Positions 40,980 to 57,589 of a stretch of 64,000 nucleotides of DNA are shown in pieces. The position numbers and the translations under genes were made by a program. Location of the stretch: assembly GCF_009914755.1 (NCBI RefSeq), contig NC_060946.1. One strand, 5' to 3'. The notes under the pieces were generated by a model. It worked only from the letters and a program-made list of their open reading frames with translations. It ran no database searches and was not told the DNA's origin. The stretch comes from the human T2T-CHM13v2.0 reference genome, Homo sapiens. How positions within the stretch are numbered: the stretch's first letter is position 1; each line of letters starts with the position of its first letter.

Positions 40980-41730
40980 TAAGAAATAAGAAAACTACCA
41001 GCTGCATCCTCATAAATTGTTCTAAACTACTGATCAAGAGAAAACTTTAAAGCAGCAAGATACAAAGTTATATTACATGCAGAAGAACACAGGTCAGCAC
41101 GGCAACAGATCTATCATCGGAAACCATCCGAGCAAGAAGTCAGTAGGACAGTGTCTTTAAGGTAAAAAAAAATGTCAACTCTCAGTTCTATATCCAGTGA
41201 AAATGTCTTTCAAAAATGAAGACAAAATACTGCTTTAGACATACAAATGCTGAAAGAATTCATCATGGCCAAGAAATATTTCACTAAACAAGCTACTTCA
41301 CTAGTAAATGAGTTTTGCAAAGTTGCAGAATACAAGATACATGTACAAAATCAGTTGTAGTTCTACATATTATCAATGAGCAATTAGAAATTAAAATTTA
41401 AAAGCACCATTTGCAAAGGCATCAAAAATATAAAATACTTATGACTGACAATGTGCAGGTTATTTATGCAATTTCTATCAAAGTGCCAGAAGGATTTTTT
41501 GTATCTGATTCTAAAGTTTATACAGGAAACTAAAGGAACCAGAATAGCCAAAAAAAAAAATTTTTTTTGAAAAGAAGAATGAAATTAGGGAAATTGCACT
41601 ACCCGATTTTAAGACTTAAAGCCTTACTCTGTAGCTGCAGTCATGAAGATAGTGCTGTGTTTTATAAGCATAGATCAATACAGCTATAGAACAGAATAGA
41701 GTCCATGGAGAGACTTACTCTATGGACTGA

Positions 41731-42124
<394 letters not shown>

Positions 42125-42341
42125 TGTAAAACCTTTTTTTGCAGCCCTAAAGATGACAGAAACAATGACAAAGCACAAACACTGAAAGGTCAATGTTTTG
42201 CAATACAAACATATGACAAACGAATGGCTGTCCCTAATTTACAATAAGCTTGTACAAATCAAAAGCAAAAGATAAACAACCCAAAAGAACCCCAGGCCAA
42301 GAACTGAAACAGGCAGTTTTCAAAAAAAGAAAGACGAATGT

Positions 42342-42690
<349 letters not shown>

Positions 42691-43270
42691 TTATGGAATC
42701 AATCTTATTTATGATTACTGGAATTCAAATAAGAACAGCCAAAATTAAACAAACAAACAAAAACAAAAACAAAAACAAAAACACGTGTGTTTTTCTCACC
42801 CAGCAGATCACCAGTGGTTTAACAGCTGTGGGCGGAGGAGTATCAAGCACTCCCATATCCTCGGGGGAAATGGAAGCTCATGCTGCCTCTGCAGAGGGTG
42901 AATGGTCAGCACAGAAGACAGCCACAGATCAAGAAAAACTAGTTGTCAACAAGGCCCACTCACTTAGAAACAATCTAAATAAAACCCGGAAGATCAGAGC
43001 AGATTATTTTAACATTTAATTTGTGTTTTACCCTTAACAATATGTAAAATCCATGAACAAAATTTTTGTTCTATACTTTGTGCTATATAAATTTCTTAAT
43101 GCAACTCATTATCCGAAGACTCAGATGTTGACTCTGGGTTTTCAAGCGTGGTTTTTCCAAATAAACGTTATGATGGTAGAAACCTTTTCCACTATTTCAG
43201 GGCAGGAACGTAGTTTTATGCAATATTGAATGGCTTCATCAGGTTCCCCAAGGGCCTCTCTTGGCCCTGA

Positions 43271-43768
<498 letters not shown>

Positions 43769-43904
43769 CACTATCCTTATTTCTTTACATCAGTTGCCCG
43801 CTTTTCAAACTCTAGTATTTCATCTGTCCATTTGGCTTCTAATTTAAATTATTACAATTTTCATTTCTATTGACTTAATTTTCTTCCAACTGAGCTCTCA
43901 CTTT

Positions 43905-44264
43905 TAAATTAATGTATTTATTTGAATTGATAGTTGTACATATTTTAGATGTACACATTTTGGGGGTACATGAGATAATTTGATACATTCATATAATCGA
44001 ATTAGGGCAATTTGAGTATCCATCACCTGAGATATTTTCTTTTCTGTATGCTAGGAACATTTGAGTCATTCTCTTCTAGCTTTTTTGAAATGTACAGTGG
44101 ATTAATGCTAACCATAGTCACCCTACTGATCTATGGAACACCCGGTCTTATCACTTTTGTCTAAGCATATATCTGTATCCATTAATCAACCTCTCTTCAT
44201 CCCCTGACCGACTTCCCTTCCCAGCCTCTGATAACTGCCAAGCTACTTTCTGGCTTTATGGGTC
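43905..44264 (-). mobile_element. L1MA-type 3' end, 5'-truncated
   Basis: 'gttgtacatattt...ggggtacatgagataatttgatac...ctaggaacatt...accatagtcaccctactg'; TSD-like agctctca on both sides. Confidence 0.75.
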
Positions 44265-44286
44265 AGCTCTCATTTCTAATAGTATC

Positions 44287-44573
44287 TTTTTTTTGAGACG
44301 GAGTCTTGTTCTGTTGCCCAGGCTGTAGTGCAATGACATGATCTTGGCTCACTGCAAACTGCGACTTCTGGGTTCAACAATTCTCCTGTCTCAGCCTCCC
44401 AAGTAGCTGGGATTACAGGCGCCCGCCACCATGCCCAGCTAATTTTGTATTTTAGTAGAGATGGGGTTTCATCATGTTGGCCAGGCTGGTCTTGAACTCT
44501 TGACCTCAAGTGATACACCCGCCTCGGCCTCTGAAAGTGCTAGGATTACAGGCGTGAGCCACTGCGCCCGGCT
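44287..44573 (-). mobile_element. AluS (Sz-like)
   Basis: TSD ctaatagtatctt at 44276-44288 and 44575-44587. Confidence 0.95.
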
Positions 44574-45887
44574 GCTAATAGTATCTTGTTCCCTGCGCAT
44601 GTTTCATATTTCCACTTAAACACATGAAATGTGCTTATTGAGAATCTGTATATCCCCACATCTGGAGTCATTGTAGGACAAAGGCAGTGCTGTTTCTGTT
44701 TCCCTATCTGGTGGTATTCTGTGCTTGTGTGAGTTTATGGGTTTCCAACGGATCATTCTCTGGACAGATTCTGAGGCCTGGGTTGTGGGTGTCTAACTAC
44801 ATAAAATAGTGCCTTTCCTTCAGTGAGCCCCGTGAACCTGGGCCTGACTGAGAAATTCATCTGCTAGAGTGTTTTTGGACCATGCAGAAAATTAAAGCCC
44901 TAACCCTTCTCTGGATTTTTGAGGTCTGAGTTTTCAAAGGAATCAACCCCCCTCCCTGCCCTCTACCCAGAGCCAGAGTTGAGTAACACAAATGTGCTTG
45001 CTATCTCTTTTGCAGGGAAGATTTTTCTCTAAATTCCCCTTTTCCTGACGGTAGCTATTTGAGTCTTCCAACCACACACAATGATCCTTATTTATCTCCT
45101 CACCTTGGGTCTTGCGCCATTGTTAGAAACCCAAACTCCATGTGACTGTGCCTGACAACTGCCTTGATGGGCCACCGATGTCTCCAGAGCCTGCTTTTAT
45201 GCTTTCCTGTTACGTTTTATTTCTGAAGATTGTTCTTACTATTTTGGTTTGGTAAAGATTCGTGTTTAAAAGCATATATTTTGTACTCTATCCGCCATTC
45301 TGAAGTATATTAAAGCAGGATGTTTTGTCCAATATATAACTATCAAAAGAAGCCTCTTTTAAATATTGTAAATGTCCCCTTTTAATATTAATTTTCAATA
45401 TACCCAAATATTATTTTTAAGTATAATATAAAATAATGTTTTTCATATTGATTATCTATATACCATTATTATATTGATTATATACCATTTTATTAAAAAA
45501 ACTTCTATTTTTTTCTCATTGAGGTTATGGCACCCCTGCCATATATTGATTTCACATATCTTGGGTGCATCCTGGGCTGTTTCTTTCTGTCGGTTCTGTT
45601 TGTCACAGTACACTCTGTACCTTGTCTTAATTCTATAGCTTTCTAGTGTATATTGATATTTGGTAGGACATGCCTCTTTTCTTCTTCTTCTTCTTCACAA
45701 ATAACTCAGCTATTATTTGCCCTTCTCTATTATGTGATAATAAATGTCATGCTCCATGAAAAATACTATTGGAATTCTGCATGGACTTACATTAAATTTA
45801 TAGACTAATTTAAGGAAAATTGACTTGTTCATGCTACTGACTTTGAATCCATAAATACACCGAGTCATCCAGCCAGAGCTATATGCA

Positions 45888-46215
45888 CAATCTTCCCTCA
45901 GTATCCATGGGGATGGGTTCCAGGACCTCCCACAGACACCAAAATCCCCAGATGCTCACATCCCTGGTAGAAAATGGCATAATATTTGCGTATAACCTCC
46001 ACACATCCTCTGTGCGCTTTAAATCATCTCTCGATTGCTTACAATGCTTAATAAATGTAAATGCTATGGAAATTGTTGTTAAACTGTAGTGTTTAGGGAA
46101 TCATGACAAGAAAAAGGGTCCATATGTGATCAGTACAGACACAACCATCCACTTTTTGAAATATTTTTGATCTGCATCCACAGATGTGGAACCCACGGAT
46201 ATGGAGGGCCAACTG
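45888..46215 (+). mobile_element. MER2 (TcMar-Tigger MITE)
   Basis: Imperfect TIRs caatcttccctcagtatccatgg / ccacggatatggagggccaactg; body matches recalled MER2. Confidence 0.85.
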
Positions 46216-46798
46216 CATGTCTTTTGGAATTCCTAATCCTGCTTGTAGGGGCCTGGTAAATCTTTGGCATCTAGTAGTTTGTTGGAAAGGTAAATGGAAA
46301 TTTGTTTCCTGTTGTATTTTCTATTTATTTTACCATTTGGAATGCTACTGACATTTTTTAAAAGTACATATCCAGAAACTTTCTTGGTAGTTTTGTTTCT
46401 TTGATGGTCCATGTATACAATTATATCGTCTGCAAATAAATTGTCTTATTTTTATAATTTTTGAATCTATTTTTTCTTGCCTTATTACATTGGCTTGAGT
46501 CCAGGGAAATTTGAAGAGGAACAGTTGGAGCTGGGTCCTAAGTCTCATTCCTGGCTTCAAAAAGAATGTTTTTAAAATGTTACCCCTAACGACGCGCTTG
46601 TTCATATCCCTGGTAGATGTCCTTCCTCCGGCTGAGAAGCCACTCTCCACTCCTGGTTGTTGAGTAGTTTCTATCCCGAATGGATCTTGGACTTTTTTCA
46701 GTATATTTTTCTGACTTTCTTTTAATGAAAGTAGGGCTTAATAAAGTGGGGTCAGTAGTTATCGTGGAAAAATTTAAGACATTAATATGTCTCTTTAA

Positions 46799-47203
<405 letters not shown>

Positions 47204-47995
47204 CATCAGCTTAAATTTCTAAGTGGTGATCTCACTTTGAAACGTAGAATTTACTATCTTTGTATCTATGCTAAAACGAAAATGGGCTCATTTCAGCATC
47301 TGGCTGTAACTTCATTGTATTTTGGATGATTCCCTTTGAACTCTCTTCCAATTCACTACTTCTCACTTTGACTGCATTCAGGCAGGCTAGACTTTCACAC
47401 ATATATGGCTTTTTTAATAAAATGTATTTCAATGACTCCTTTTTAATTCATGTTTAAGATCTCCAATTAGCTGCTTTTCACAAAAACACGTCATTGCCTT
47501 TTGTCTGTTTTTTATTATTTTTTGTGCATTTGTAAATATGATTTCACCTTCAATTCTCTCTTGAAACACCTTCAGCTTATTTTGAAGCCTCTGTTTGTAT
47601 GTAAAGACATGAATGATTTTACCTAGAGTCAATTTATGTTCCAAGAGTTGGTTTTCTTGGTTACAGTTCTTTATTTCTTATCATTATATTCATTTATGCC
47701 TATCTCAGTTTGGACCTCCAAGCCAAATTTGAGTGGGAGAAGTTTGGGGGGGTGTTCCTCCCTATGTTTCTGTGCCTCTCTTTTTTCTCCTCCTCCTGCC
47801 TCTGTCTAAGGACGGTCCCTCCACTGCACCCTCCACGTGATCCTGACCCGGGTTCTCCATAGGATCTGTGTGACTTCCTGCAGGGATACTGCAGTTGTCT
47901 CGGGTCCATCCACAGTGCCAGGAGGGCTGGGCTCAGATCCCAGTCATGCGGTCTCTCTGTGCCTAAGGCTCACCTCTAACTGTATACCCTGGACT

Positions 47996-48460
<465 letters not shown>

Positions 48461-49370
48461 TAAGGAGACCAGCTATTCTTTGGGTTTTTTTCTGAACGAG
48501 GCATCATGAGTATGGAGCAAAGGAGGTTATTACAAGGTGGATTCTCTATCCTGTCTTCATAGGAAACCCTTGCAATTGCTTTTAAGTGATAGAATTTTAA
48601 GTAACAAATACTCCCATCTTTTATTAAGAAATTCTCAAACAAATATATATCATGAAGAATGCTTATTTTGTAGAATTATGTATTAAAAATAATAGAAAAT
48701 GAATGTGCAATATGCAAGAATAATACACTCATATGGCAAGCCCCAAAAGAACTTGAAAAATTAAGACACTTAATTTGTAAGTGTTATGGGATTCTGGATA
48801 CAGTTTTCTTTTGACGAAAATGACAATCATCAAGAGTATATAATAGTTTGGTAGACTGAAGAGATAGAAGAATGAAGTAATAATTGTATTTAATGATTAA
48901 GCGATTTTCTTTTTTTGCAAGAAACAGGTCAAGTCTGCAAGCAGTTGGCATGCCAATTAGAAAAATCTTAGCAGTTATAATGAAAAATGAAAAAAAAAAG
49001 GAAATTAAAAACATTAACATTTGAAAGAGAAAAAAGATTCTTTCTGAATCATGTAGATGAAAGCCCAGGAGTTCTCTCAGAGGCCTGGAGGAGTTTGTCC
49101 TATGCCGTGGGTCAGTCCCAGCTCTGGGCTGTGTGTGGGGGCTATGGAGGACTCAGCCCTAGGACCCTGAGGGACCAGGAACCTGGGAGTGAGGGAACCA
49201 GGGTGGGGCTGCGTAGGAGTCAGTGGGATGCCACCCTGGAAGAAGAAAGACCAGGCTGAGTCACAAGGAAAAGCAGAAAAAGCAGGGGGGTCTTCGGACA
49301 GTTGAGCCAGTTAGGGGACAACTTTACCTTTTACAGTAATAATAATGCATCTTCTGTTTCTGCCAATGAC

Positions 49371-49433
49371 CAACAAATCCCAGGTCACAGAAGACCACGG
49401 AGGGCACAGAGGGAAGGGGTGAACACTGCCTGG
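49371..49433 (+). repeat. 63-bp dispersed direct repeat copy A (partner 50513-50575)
   Basis: caacaaa(t/c)cccaggtcacagaagacca(c/t)ggagggcacagagggaaggggtg(a/g)acactgcctgg; 3 mismatches. Confidence 0.92.
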
Positions 49434-49521
49434 ATTCCACTATGTACATTTCAGATAATGTTCCCCCCGAGGCCAGAGTCACACAGCAAGCTGGGCAGGA
49501 CAGGCTTCGGACTGGTGGACG

Positions 49522-49597
49522 TGGCCTCGCCCCCTCTGCCTCCCACAGGCCGGGGGACCTGGCCTCGCCCCCTCTGCCTCCCGCAGGCTGGGGGACC
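49522..49597. repeat. 38-bp tandem duplication
   Basis: tggcctcgccccctctgcctccc(a/g)caggc(c/t)gggggacc at 49522 and 49560. Confidence 0.9.
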
Positions 49598-50512
49598 CCA
49601 GGCCATGCACTCCTGAGGAATTTCCAATAGGCTGCGGCCTGGCACACACCTCTGAGGCTGCCAGAGCTCCTGCTCCTCCCTCTGTGTGCCATGGCCTGGG
49701 GACAGGGCCTCCCATGTTCCCAGAGTGAAGGGAAGCTGGACCCTGGCCTCCCTCCATGTGGGCTCTGATCACACATGTGCCCAGGTGCCCTCCACTCTGG
49801 GCTGGGGGCTGACTGCCGCCTACCCCTCCACACCCTCTGCGGAGAGAGTCAGTGTAGCTCCTGGCTCCAGAAGCTTCCACTGGGCTTCTGTGAGTTTCCC
49901 CCCTTTACTGTAAGTTAGAGTTTCAGCAAAAAGACATCCCATTTATCAATGTCCTCTTCATCCATCAATGCTCTTTGTTGATTGATGTGTTGAAAGCAAT
50001 TCGTGTTACTTTCTTCAAGTGGAATCTTATTTGGGTATCATGGACCCCAAATCCCAAACTCTGACATCTGCTAAGGGTGTTCTTTAAAATCTTCTTTCGC
50101 CCAACAGTGAAGTGCGGATGGCTAAGCAAAGCATGGCAAGCCGATGGAACAATTTCGCTTTATCAGAAAGCTGCTGCATCTAGGCCAGCTCCAGGGCTGC
50201 CAAGACCCCGCGTGCATGCCCTTCCCATCTCATTCCTCTGGCATGCGCCACCCGACACAGGCCCAGGGCAGCCCCTGGCTCAGGCCCGACACCCTCCGAC
50301 CTCCTCCAAACACTCCATACAGGGCGGTTCACTCGCTTCCCAAATGTCTACTGAGAACTGCAGGAGGTGCTCATGCTTCGGCAATGCATTTTCACTCTTT
50401 ACAGCCCTGGGTGCAGCCTTCAGTTATGTAGATGAGAGCTCAAGTTGTACCTGGAAAAGTGAGGTGATTTGCATGAGTGTCCACAGCTCGTGGTAAAAAT
50501 TGCTTTGGCTGA

Positions 50513-50575
50513 CAACAAACCCCAGGTCACAGAAGACCATGGAGGGCACAGAGGGAAGGGGTGGACACTGCCTGG
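50513..50575 (+). repeat. 63-bp dispersed direct repeat copy B
   Basis: See 49371-49433. Confidence 0.92.
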
Positions 50576-50722
50576 GAAAAGGGACAGCTGAGATGGGAGC
50601 TGGGCACAGCGCCACACAGGAAGGCGCCAGTGAGCTGTCCGTGTAGGTAACCTCTGGCCTCTGCCCTGGCCACAGTCTGGAAAAGACAGATGGAGAAACC
50701 TTTCTCGTCAGATAAAAGGTGC

Positions 50723-51165
50723 TGAGTGGATGGAATGGTGGCCCCCAAAAGATGTGTCTGTGTCCTGACCCCAGAATCTGTGAATGGGACCTTACTTGAT
50801 GAAAAGGTCTTCAGGTTTTGTCATTAAGTTAAAGATCTCAAGATGGTGTCATCCTGGACTCTTCAGTTGGGCCCTAAATCCAACGACAGGTGTCCAGCTA
50901 AGAGACAAAAAAGGAGAAGACACAAAGAGAAGAGGAGATGGCCATGTGGCCACAGAGGAAGAGACTGAAGTGAGAGATCTAGAAGCCCAGGGTCTCCTGC
51001 AGCCACTGGAAGCCGGAAGAGGCAGGGAGAAGCCTCCTGAGAGCCTCCCGGGAGCGTGGCCCTGTGGACACCGCACATGGATTTCTGGCTTCTGGTCTCC
51101 AGAGCTGTGAGAGGATAAATTTCTGTTGCTTTGTGGTCATCTGTTATGCCGCCTCTCCCAGGAGG
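50723..51165 (+). mobile_element. MaLR LTR (MLT1C-like)
   Basis: 'ggtggcccccaaaagat...tgtgaatgggaccttacttg...aagttaaagatctcaagatg...gggccctaaatccaa...ctccagagctgtgagaggataaatttctgttg'. Confidence 0.8.
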
Positions 51166-52959
51166 GTGGGGCTGGGTGCCACAGGCCCCAGGCAGCCATG
51201 AGCGCCTGACCCCTCCCCCAGGCAGGATGGAGAAGGACCTGGGGCAGCCAGGGTGTAGCCCTATGCAGACCCCACCACTGTGGGTTGGATGGGGCTCACG
51301 CCTATGACTCAGCTCTGCTAACCTGTATCTGCCACTGGCCCCAGGAGTTGGACTGGGAGGAAAGAAAGCAAATTGGCCTCGAAGGTCCTGTTGGCCATGG
51401 AATTCTGTGATCAAGGCCCCTGTGGCTTGTGGGAAAATGGTTGAGTCAGATGCCCTGAATTTCTGCTGGTTTCTCCCCACTGTGCCCTGAGTGGAGACTC
51501 ATGAGGATAGGGAGGCCCAGACACAGAGCTCTTGGAGTCCAGGGAGGGCGTGAGCACAGGGCACGTGGGGCTCCTGGGTCCCATGAGACTGTGAAAGGGG
51601 ATGTCTCAGAGGGTCCTTTCGTCTGGCCACCTGGTGATGAACAGCAGTGCTGGCCCTTTCAAGGGAGGTGGCAGTGGGCAGGTCCATGCCGCCTAGCCAT
51701 GGTGGCGTGTGGGGCCACCCGCAGTGGTGACAGCCAGGGTCATCCCACTCCACACACCCCATCACCAGGACTCTAGGTTGTCAACTATAATTGCGCAGAT
51801 GGCCTTCTGGGGTGTCCTGGGCTGCCTCGCCACGGAGCCGGGTTTGGGCCTGGAAGCAGCCACAGGAAATGGGCTTGCGAGGGACCAGATCTGCTTTGAC
51901 TGTAACAAAATGTGGCAGCCATCTCGGGCTGCAGCAAAGGAGCCAAGGACAGAGACTCGGCCCTGGCTCCTGGCCCAGGCCTGCCTGCGTCTCGCTGGGT
52001 CACCTTGAACGGGCTGCACTGTTTCACTTGGCCTCAGCCCCATCTGGAGAGTGAACAGGACGGGCTCTTGGTGCACAGCCCCAGGCTCAGCCTCGGAGTT
52101 CAGCGGGCCCTGGGCGGGCCGCGGCTCCTGAACACAGAGTTACTTGGGACTCCTAAGCCAGTGGCCACAGGGTGACCTCAGGCCAGCCCTGGGAGGCCCT
52201 GGCATGTTTTTCTGGACGAAGTTTGCAAAATTCCTTAAAAAAAAAAAAAAAGACTTGGTTAAGAAGCTGCTCTCTGGGGGCATCCTCCAAGGCCCCAATG
52301 AAGAATTAAGGTGTTTATCCTCATTCACAAAAGAAATGGGTTGTAAGTAGAAGAATTCCCTACAATTTATTCACACAACAAAAAAATAATGAGCATTAGA
52401 AAATTCCTTTTTATTATAAGAGGAGAAAAAAGATGCAAATGGTGATTTAATGAAGGATTTTGCTCTCAGTGCTGTTTTCCACCATCACAAAAGGGACGTT
52501 CCTTATTATTCAGAAAGCACTTGGACTGAGAAGAGAAGGTTCCATAAACAGCCATTAGCATCTTAATTACACGATAATTCAAAAGACAGCTCTCCTGAAA
52601 AAACTTCGGCCCATAAATCTCTCAGCTTCAATGTCCAAGAAGGGAGACAGATTCTCCCGAGAATGTGGCCCAGGAACTCGGGGGTCTTCCTGGTGTGGTG
52701 CCCAGGGGTTTGTCTGGCCGATGGATGGCCGCCTGATGGGACAGTGTACCCAGCCCTGGAGATGTCACTCACCCCAGTGAGAGGCCGCTGAACTGTGTGC
52801 AGGCAGGGATGTCACCGCGGCTGGTCAGAGGCCAGTTCACCGCCCTGAGGTCTCTGAGAGGCAGCGGGAGGCTCCAGCGGCGGGGAGAGAGGCTGCCTGG
52901 TTCACTCCCTGTCCTGGACATTTTGCTATGTTCTTGAGCAAATCCTAGACCAATGACCT

Positions 52960-53300
52960 TGTTGTGGCTAGCATCTTTCATTGCTAGTGGGAGACATCAC
53001 TCAAACCCACTTCTTCGTAAAGGGAAATGTCTATGCACAGTCGTAAAAATGCTGAGAAGCAGAAAAAAAGGGGGCATCCTCAAGGGGCAGGACCCAGGGG
53101 CCGACTGACGTCATCTGTGGTCACTTCCACCTTAGGCTCTGTCCTCAGGCAGGCTCCCTGTTCCCAGTGCTTCTGGACAGCTCTGGGCTTGGGTCCCACA
53201 TGTAGCAGGGCCAGTGATGAAACTGTGCTCCTTTTCTAGCAATTTCTGCAAAAGCCCTGGAATTGGCTCATACTGGAGCCAGTCACTGGCCAGCCCACGT
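52960..53300 (-). mobile_element. Old MaLR LTR fragment (MLT1K/L-like)
   Basis: Weak resemblance: 'ctcaaaccca...aaagggaaatgt', 'tcctcaggcaggctccc', 'aaaagccctggaattggctc'. Confidence 0.35.
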
Positions 53301-53730
53301 GAGCCCCTATGAGCTTTGACATCGGGGATGGACTAGCCTCACCCAACACGCATGGGCAAAGGAGTGAAGGAGCAGTTCCCCAGGGGAAGAGTACAGCTGG
53401 GTCAGAAGTCGGGGGCCAGAACTGGACAGCAAGAGGGCAGACATACCCAAGGGACAGGCCTCCTCTAGGGACACCCAGAAACCCCGCTGTGAACTTTCCT
53501 TCAAGTGAAGCCTGATGCCCAAAGCCAACCACTGCAGACTTGGTTGAAGAGTGGGACCCTCTGGCCACCAACTCCACCTCTTTTTTCCCCCTTTGGTGGA
53601 GGCCAAGCTCTTCCCCAGAACCCCTGGGGCGCCACCAAACTGAATGAAAACCAGAAATACTGTCCTGTCCATGAAGACTCAAGCCTTGGAGACCCTCATC
53701 CAGGGACGATGTCCAAGAGTGACAGAACAG

Positions 53731-54125
53731 TCCACCAATCCAGACCCACCCTGAGCCTGCAGCCAGGACCCGTGAGCTGAGGATGGGTTCTAAGGTTCCA
53801 CCGATCCCGACCCGCCCTGAGCCTGCGGCCAGGACCCGTGAGCTGAGGATGGGTTCTAGGGTTCCACTGATCCCGACCTGCCCTGAGCCTGCAGCCAGGA
53901 CCCGTGAGCTGAGGATGGGTTCTAGGGTTCCACCGATCCCGACCTGCCCTGAGCCTGCGGCCAGGACCTGTGAGCTGAGGATGGGTTCTAGGGTTCCACC
54001 GATCCCGACCTGCCCTGAGCCTGCGGCCAGGACCTGTGAGCTGAGGATGGGTTCTAGGGTTCCACCGATCCCGACCTGCCCTGAGCCTGCGGCCAGGACC
54101 CGTGAGCTGAGGATGGGTTCTTGGG
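53731..54125. repeat. 66-bp VNTR, ~6 highly similar copies
   Basis: ccctgagcctgc(a/g)gccaggacc(c/t)gtgagctgaggatgggttct... at 53749, 53815, 53881, 53947, 54013 and 54079. Confidence 0.95.
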
Positions 54126-55554
54126 TGGCTTTTCATCATGTCAGAAAAAGAACCTGGCAGGAAATATAATTTCATTGGCAATAAGCCTGCCCAAGTCTTC
54201 AGCAATCAGCAGGTGTGGTCTTCCCAACGCTGCAGGAACTCAGGGTGTCCTCACGGGTCACTGCCTGCTATCACGGCCGCTTCGTTATGCAGACAGGTGG
54301 ACAGATGGAAAAACGCTATTTTAAAATAATAAAAGTGCTGGAAAAAAAAAAAAGACCCTGCAAGGCCAGGGGCGTGTCAAGTGGACACAAGACACCATTG
54401 GAAGAGCTCCCGATGGTCAGAGCTACAAACATCTCAGCTACAAAATAAAAACCCAGTATGAAATTATAACCCTAAGTATAAGTAAATTTCCAAGAATCCA
54501 TACTAATTTCACATACTAATTTGCATATGAAAATGCAAATGATCTAGAAGCACCAAAAAACCTCTTTACGCAGAAAACAATGGAGTACTAACACTAACTG
54601 ACTTCATGACTTACTCTAAAGCTCTAGTAATTAAGACAGTGTGCATAAAGTTAGATAAATAGATCAGTGGTACAGAATAGAGAGTCCAGAAATAGACACA
54701 AGCAAATATTGGCAACTGATTATTGACAAAGAGGCAGAAGCAATTCAGTGGAGAAAGAATAATATTTCAAACAAATTATGCTAAGACAAATGAAAATCTA
54801 TATGCAAAAAATTAAACTTGTGTCTATGATTCACAACATTAAAACATTTGCTCAAAATGAGTCACAGATCTAACTGTAAAACCTAAAACTATGAGACTTA
54901 TAAAAGTAAATATACCTTAAAATTTTATGTCCTTGGGCTAGGTATAGATTCCTTAAATATGACACTAAAAGATGCAATCCATAGAAGGAGAAATTGATAC
55001 ACTGGAATTTATCAAAATAAAAAACTTATGCTTTTTAAATGACATTGTTAGGAGAATGACATGACAAGCCATAGATTGGGAAAAATATATTTGCAAGTTA
55101 TCTGTCTCGTAAAGACTTGTGTCTAGAATATATAAAGAAATCTCAGAAATCAAGAAAATTGAAAACTGTGAGTACTTCACCATAGAAGACGCATATAAAC
55201 ACATGAAATAATTCTTAATATGATTAGTCATTAGAGAAAAGCAAATTAATGCCATGTGAGATACTACCTCTTACCCCTTAGGATGACTATAATCAGAAAG
55301 ACCCACCATGCCAGGACGTGGCCAAAATGCAGAGGAAGTAGAATCCTCATGTGGCCGGGGCACGTGTCAAATGGTACCATCACACTGGAAAGGAGTTTGG
55401 CAGTTCAGTAAAAAGTGAAATGTATGCCTATCATCTGATCCAGCCATTCAACCCCTTGCGCTTTATCCACAAAAAAAACAAAGTATGTGCTCTTACAAAT
55501 ACTTGTGCATGAATGTTCACAGCAGTTTATCTGTAATAGTCTAAAGAGTAAACA

Positions 55555-55855
55555 GGCCGGGCGCAGTGGCTCACGCCTGCAATCCCAGCACTTTGGGAGG
55601 GCGAGGCGGGCAGATCATGAGGTCAGGAGATCGAGACCATCCTGGCTAACACGGTGAAACAGCGTCTCTACTAAAAATACAGAAAAATTAGCCAGGCGTG
55701 GTGGCGGGTGCCTGCAGTCCCAGCTGCTCGAAAGGCTGGGGTAGGAGAATGGCCTGAACCTTGGAGGCGGAGCTTGCAGTCAGCCGAGATCGCGCCACTG
55801 CACTCCAGCCTGGGCGACAGAGTGAGACTCCATCTCAAAAAAAAAAAAAAAAAAA
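55555..55855 (+). mobile_element. AluY
   Basis: Y diagnostics; TSD aaagagtaaaca at 55543-55554 and 55856-55867. Confidence 0.95.
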
Positions 55856-56648
55856 AAAGAGTAAACAACCCAAATGTCCATCACAGGTAAGTACATGGAC
55901 CCCTGGTCTATCCATGCGACGGTAAGGGATCAGCAATAGAAAGGAACGAACTATTTGTGATACATGCAGTCACGTGGATGAATCTCAAAATAGTTATGCT
56001 GAGTCACCCAAGTCAGAAAAAAAAGGAGTATATACTGGATAATTCCATTTTTTATAATCTTACAGAAAATACTAACCTATGTATAATGATAGAATCCATA
56101 GTTTCCTGGGATGGAGGACTGACAAGGGGCCAAAGGACACCTGCAGGTGATGGCATGGATGTATTCATTATCTTGATGGTGGTGATGTTTCTACCGGCGT
56201 CTGCATATGCCCAAACTTACCAAATTGTCCATTTTAAACATATGCAGTTTGTTGTAGGCCAATTACACCTCCTATAATGGCTAGTTTCATGAGTCAACTT
56301 GGCTAGGCCACAGTAGCCAGTTGTTTTGTCAAACACTAGTCTAGATGTTAATGCAAAGGTATTTGTTAGATGTGCTTAACATTTAAATCAGTAGGCTTTG
56401 AGTAAAGCACATGACCTGCCATAATGTGGGTGGGCCTTGTCTAATCAGTTGAAGGCCTTAAGAGCAAACAGACTGAGATCTCCCACAGGAGAGTAAATTC
56501 TGCTTATAGAATCCTTCAGACTTGATCTGCAACATCAACTCTTTCCTGGGTCTTCAGCGGTTGGCCTGCCCTGCAAGTTCCAGACCTGCCGGTCCCCACA
56601 ATTCCATGAGCCAGACAGTCTCTCTCTCTCTCTCTCTCTTTACATATA

Positions 56649-57289
<641 letters not shown>

Positions 57290-57589
57290 CACACACACAC
57301 ACACACACACACAGCCTATTGGTTCTGTTTCTCTGAAGAACCCCTGTCAATACACCTCCACGAAGCTGTTTAAAATATTGAAAGATACAAAAGATGAGAA
57401 CCTCCTGGCACATTCCCATTGACAACATACTTAAACCTCCAAGAGGAAACATGGTCACGTGACACATTCAACAATGACAAATGAAAACAATGATTTGTAA
57501 TATGATTATAACAATATTGTTATATGATGATATTCTTGTTTCTATTTTTTTCTGTTTGAAATTCCCCCAAAATTAAAGGACTATATCCC

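Noticed and set aside
48480-49030. AT-rich block, possibly a decayed DNA transposon
   Set aside because: I could not identify termini or a family with any confidence.
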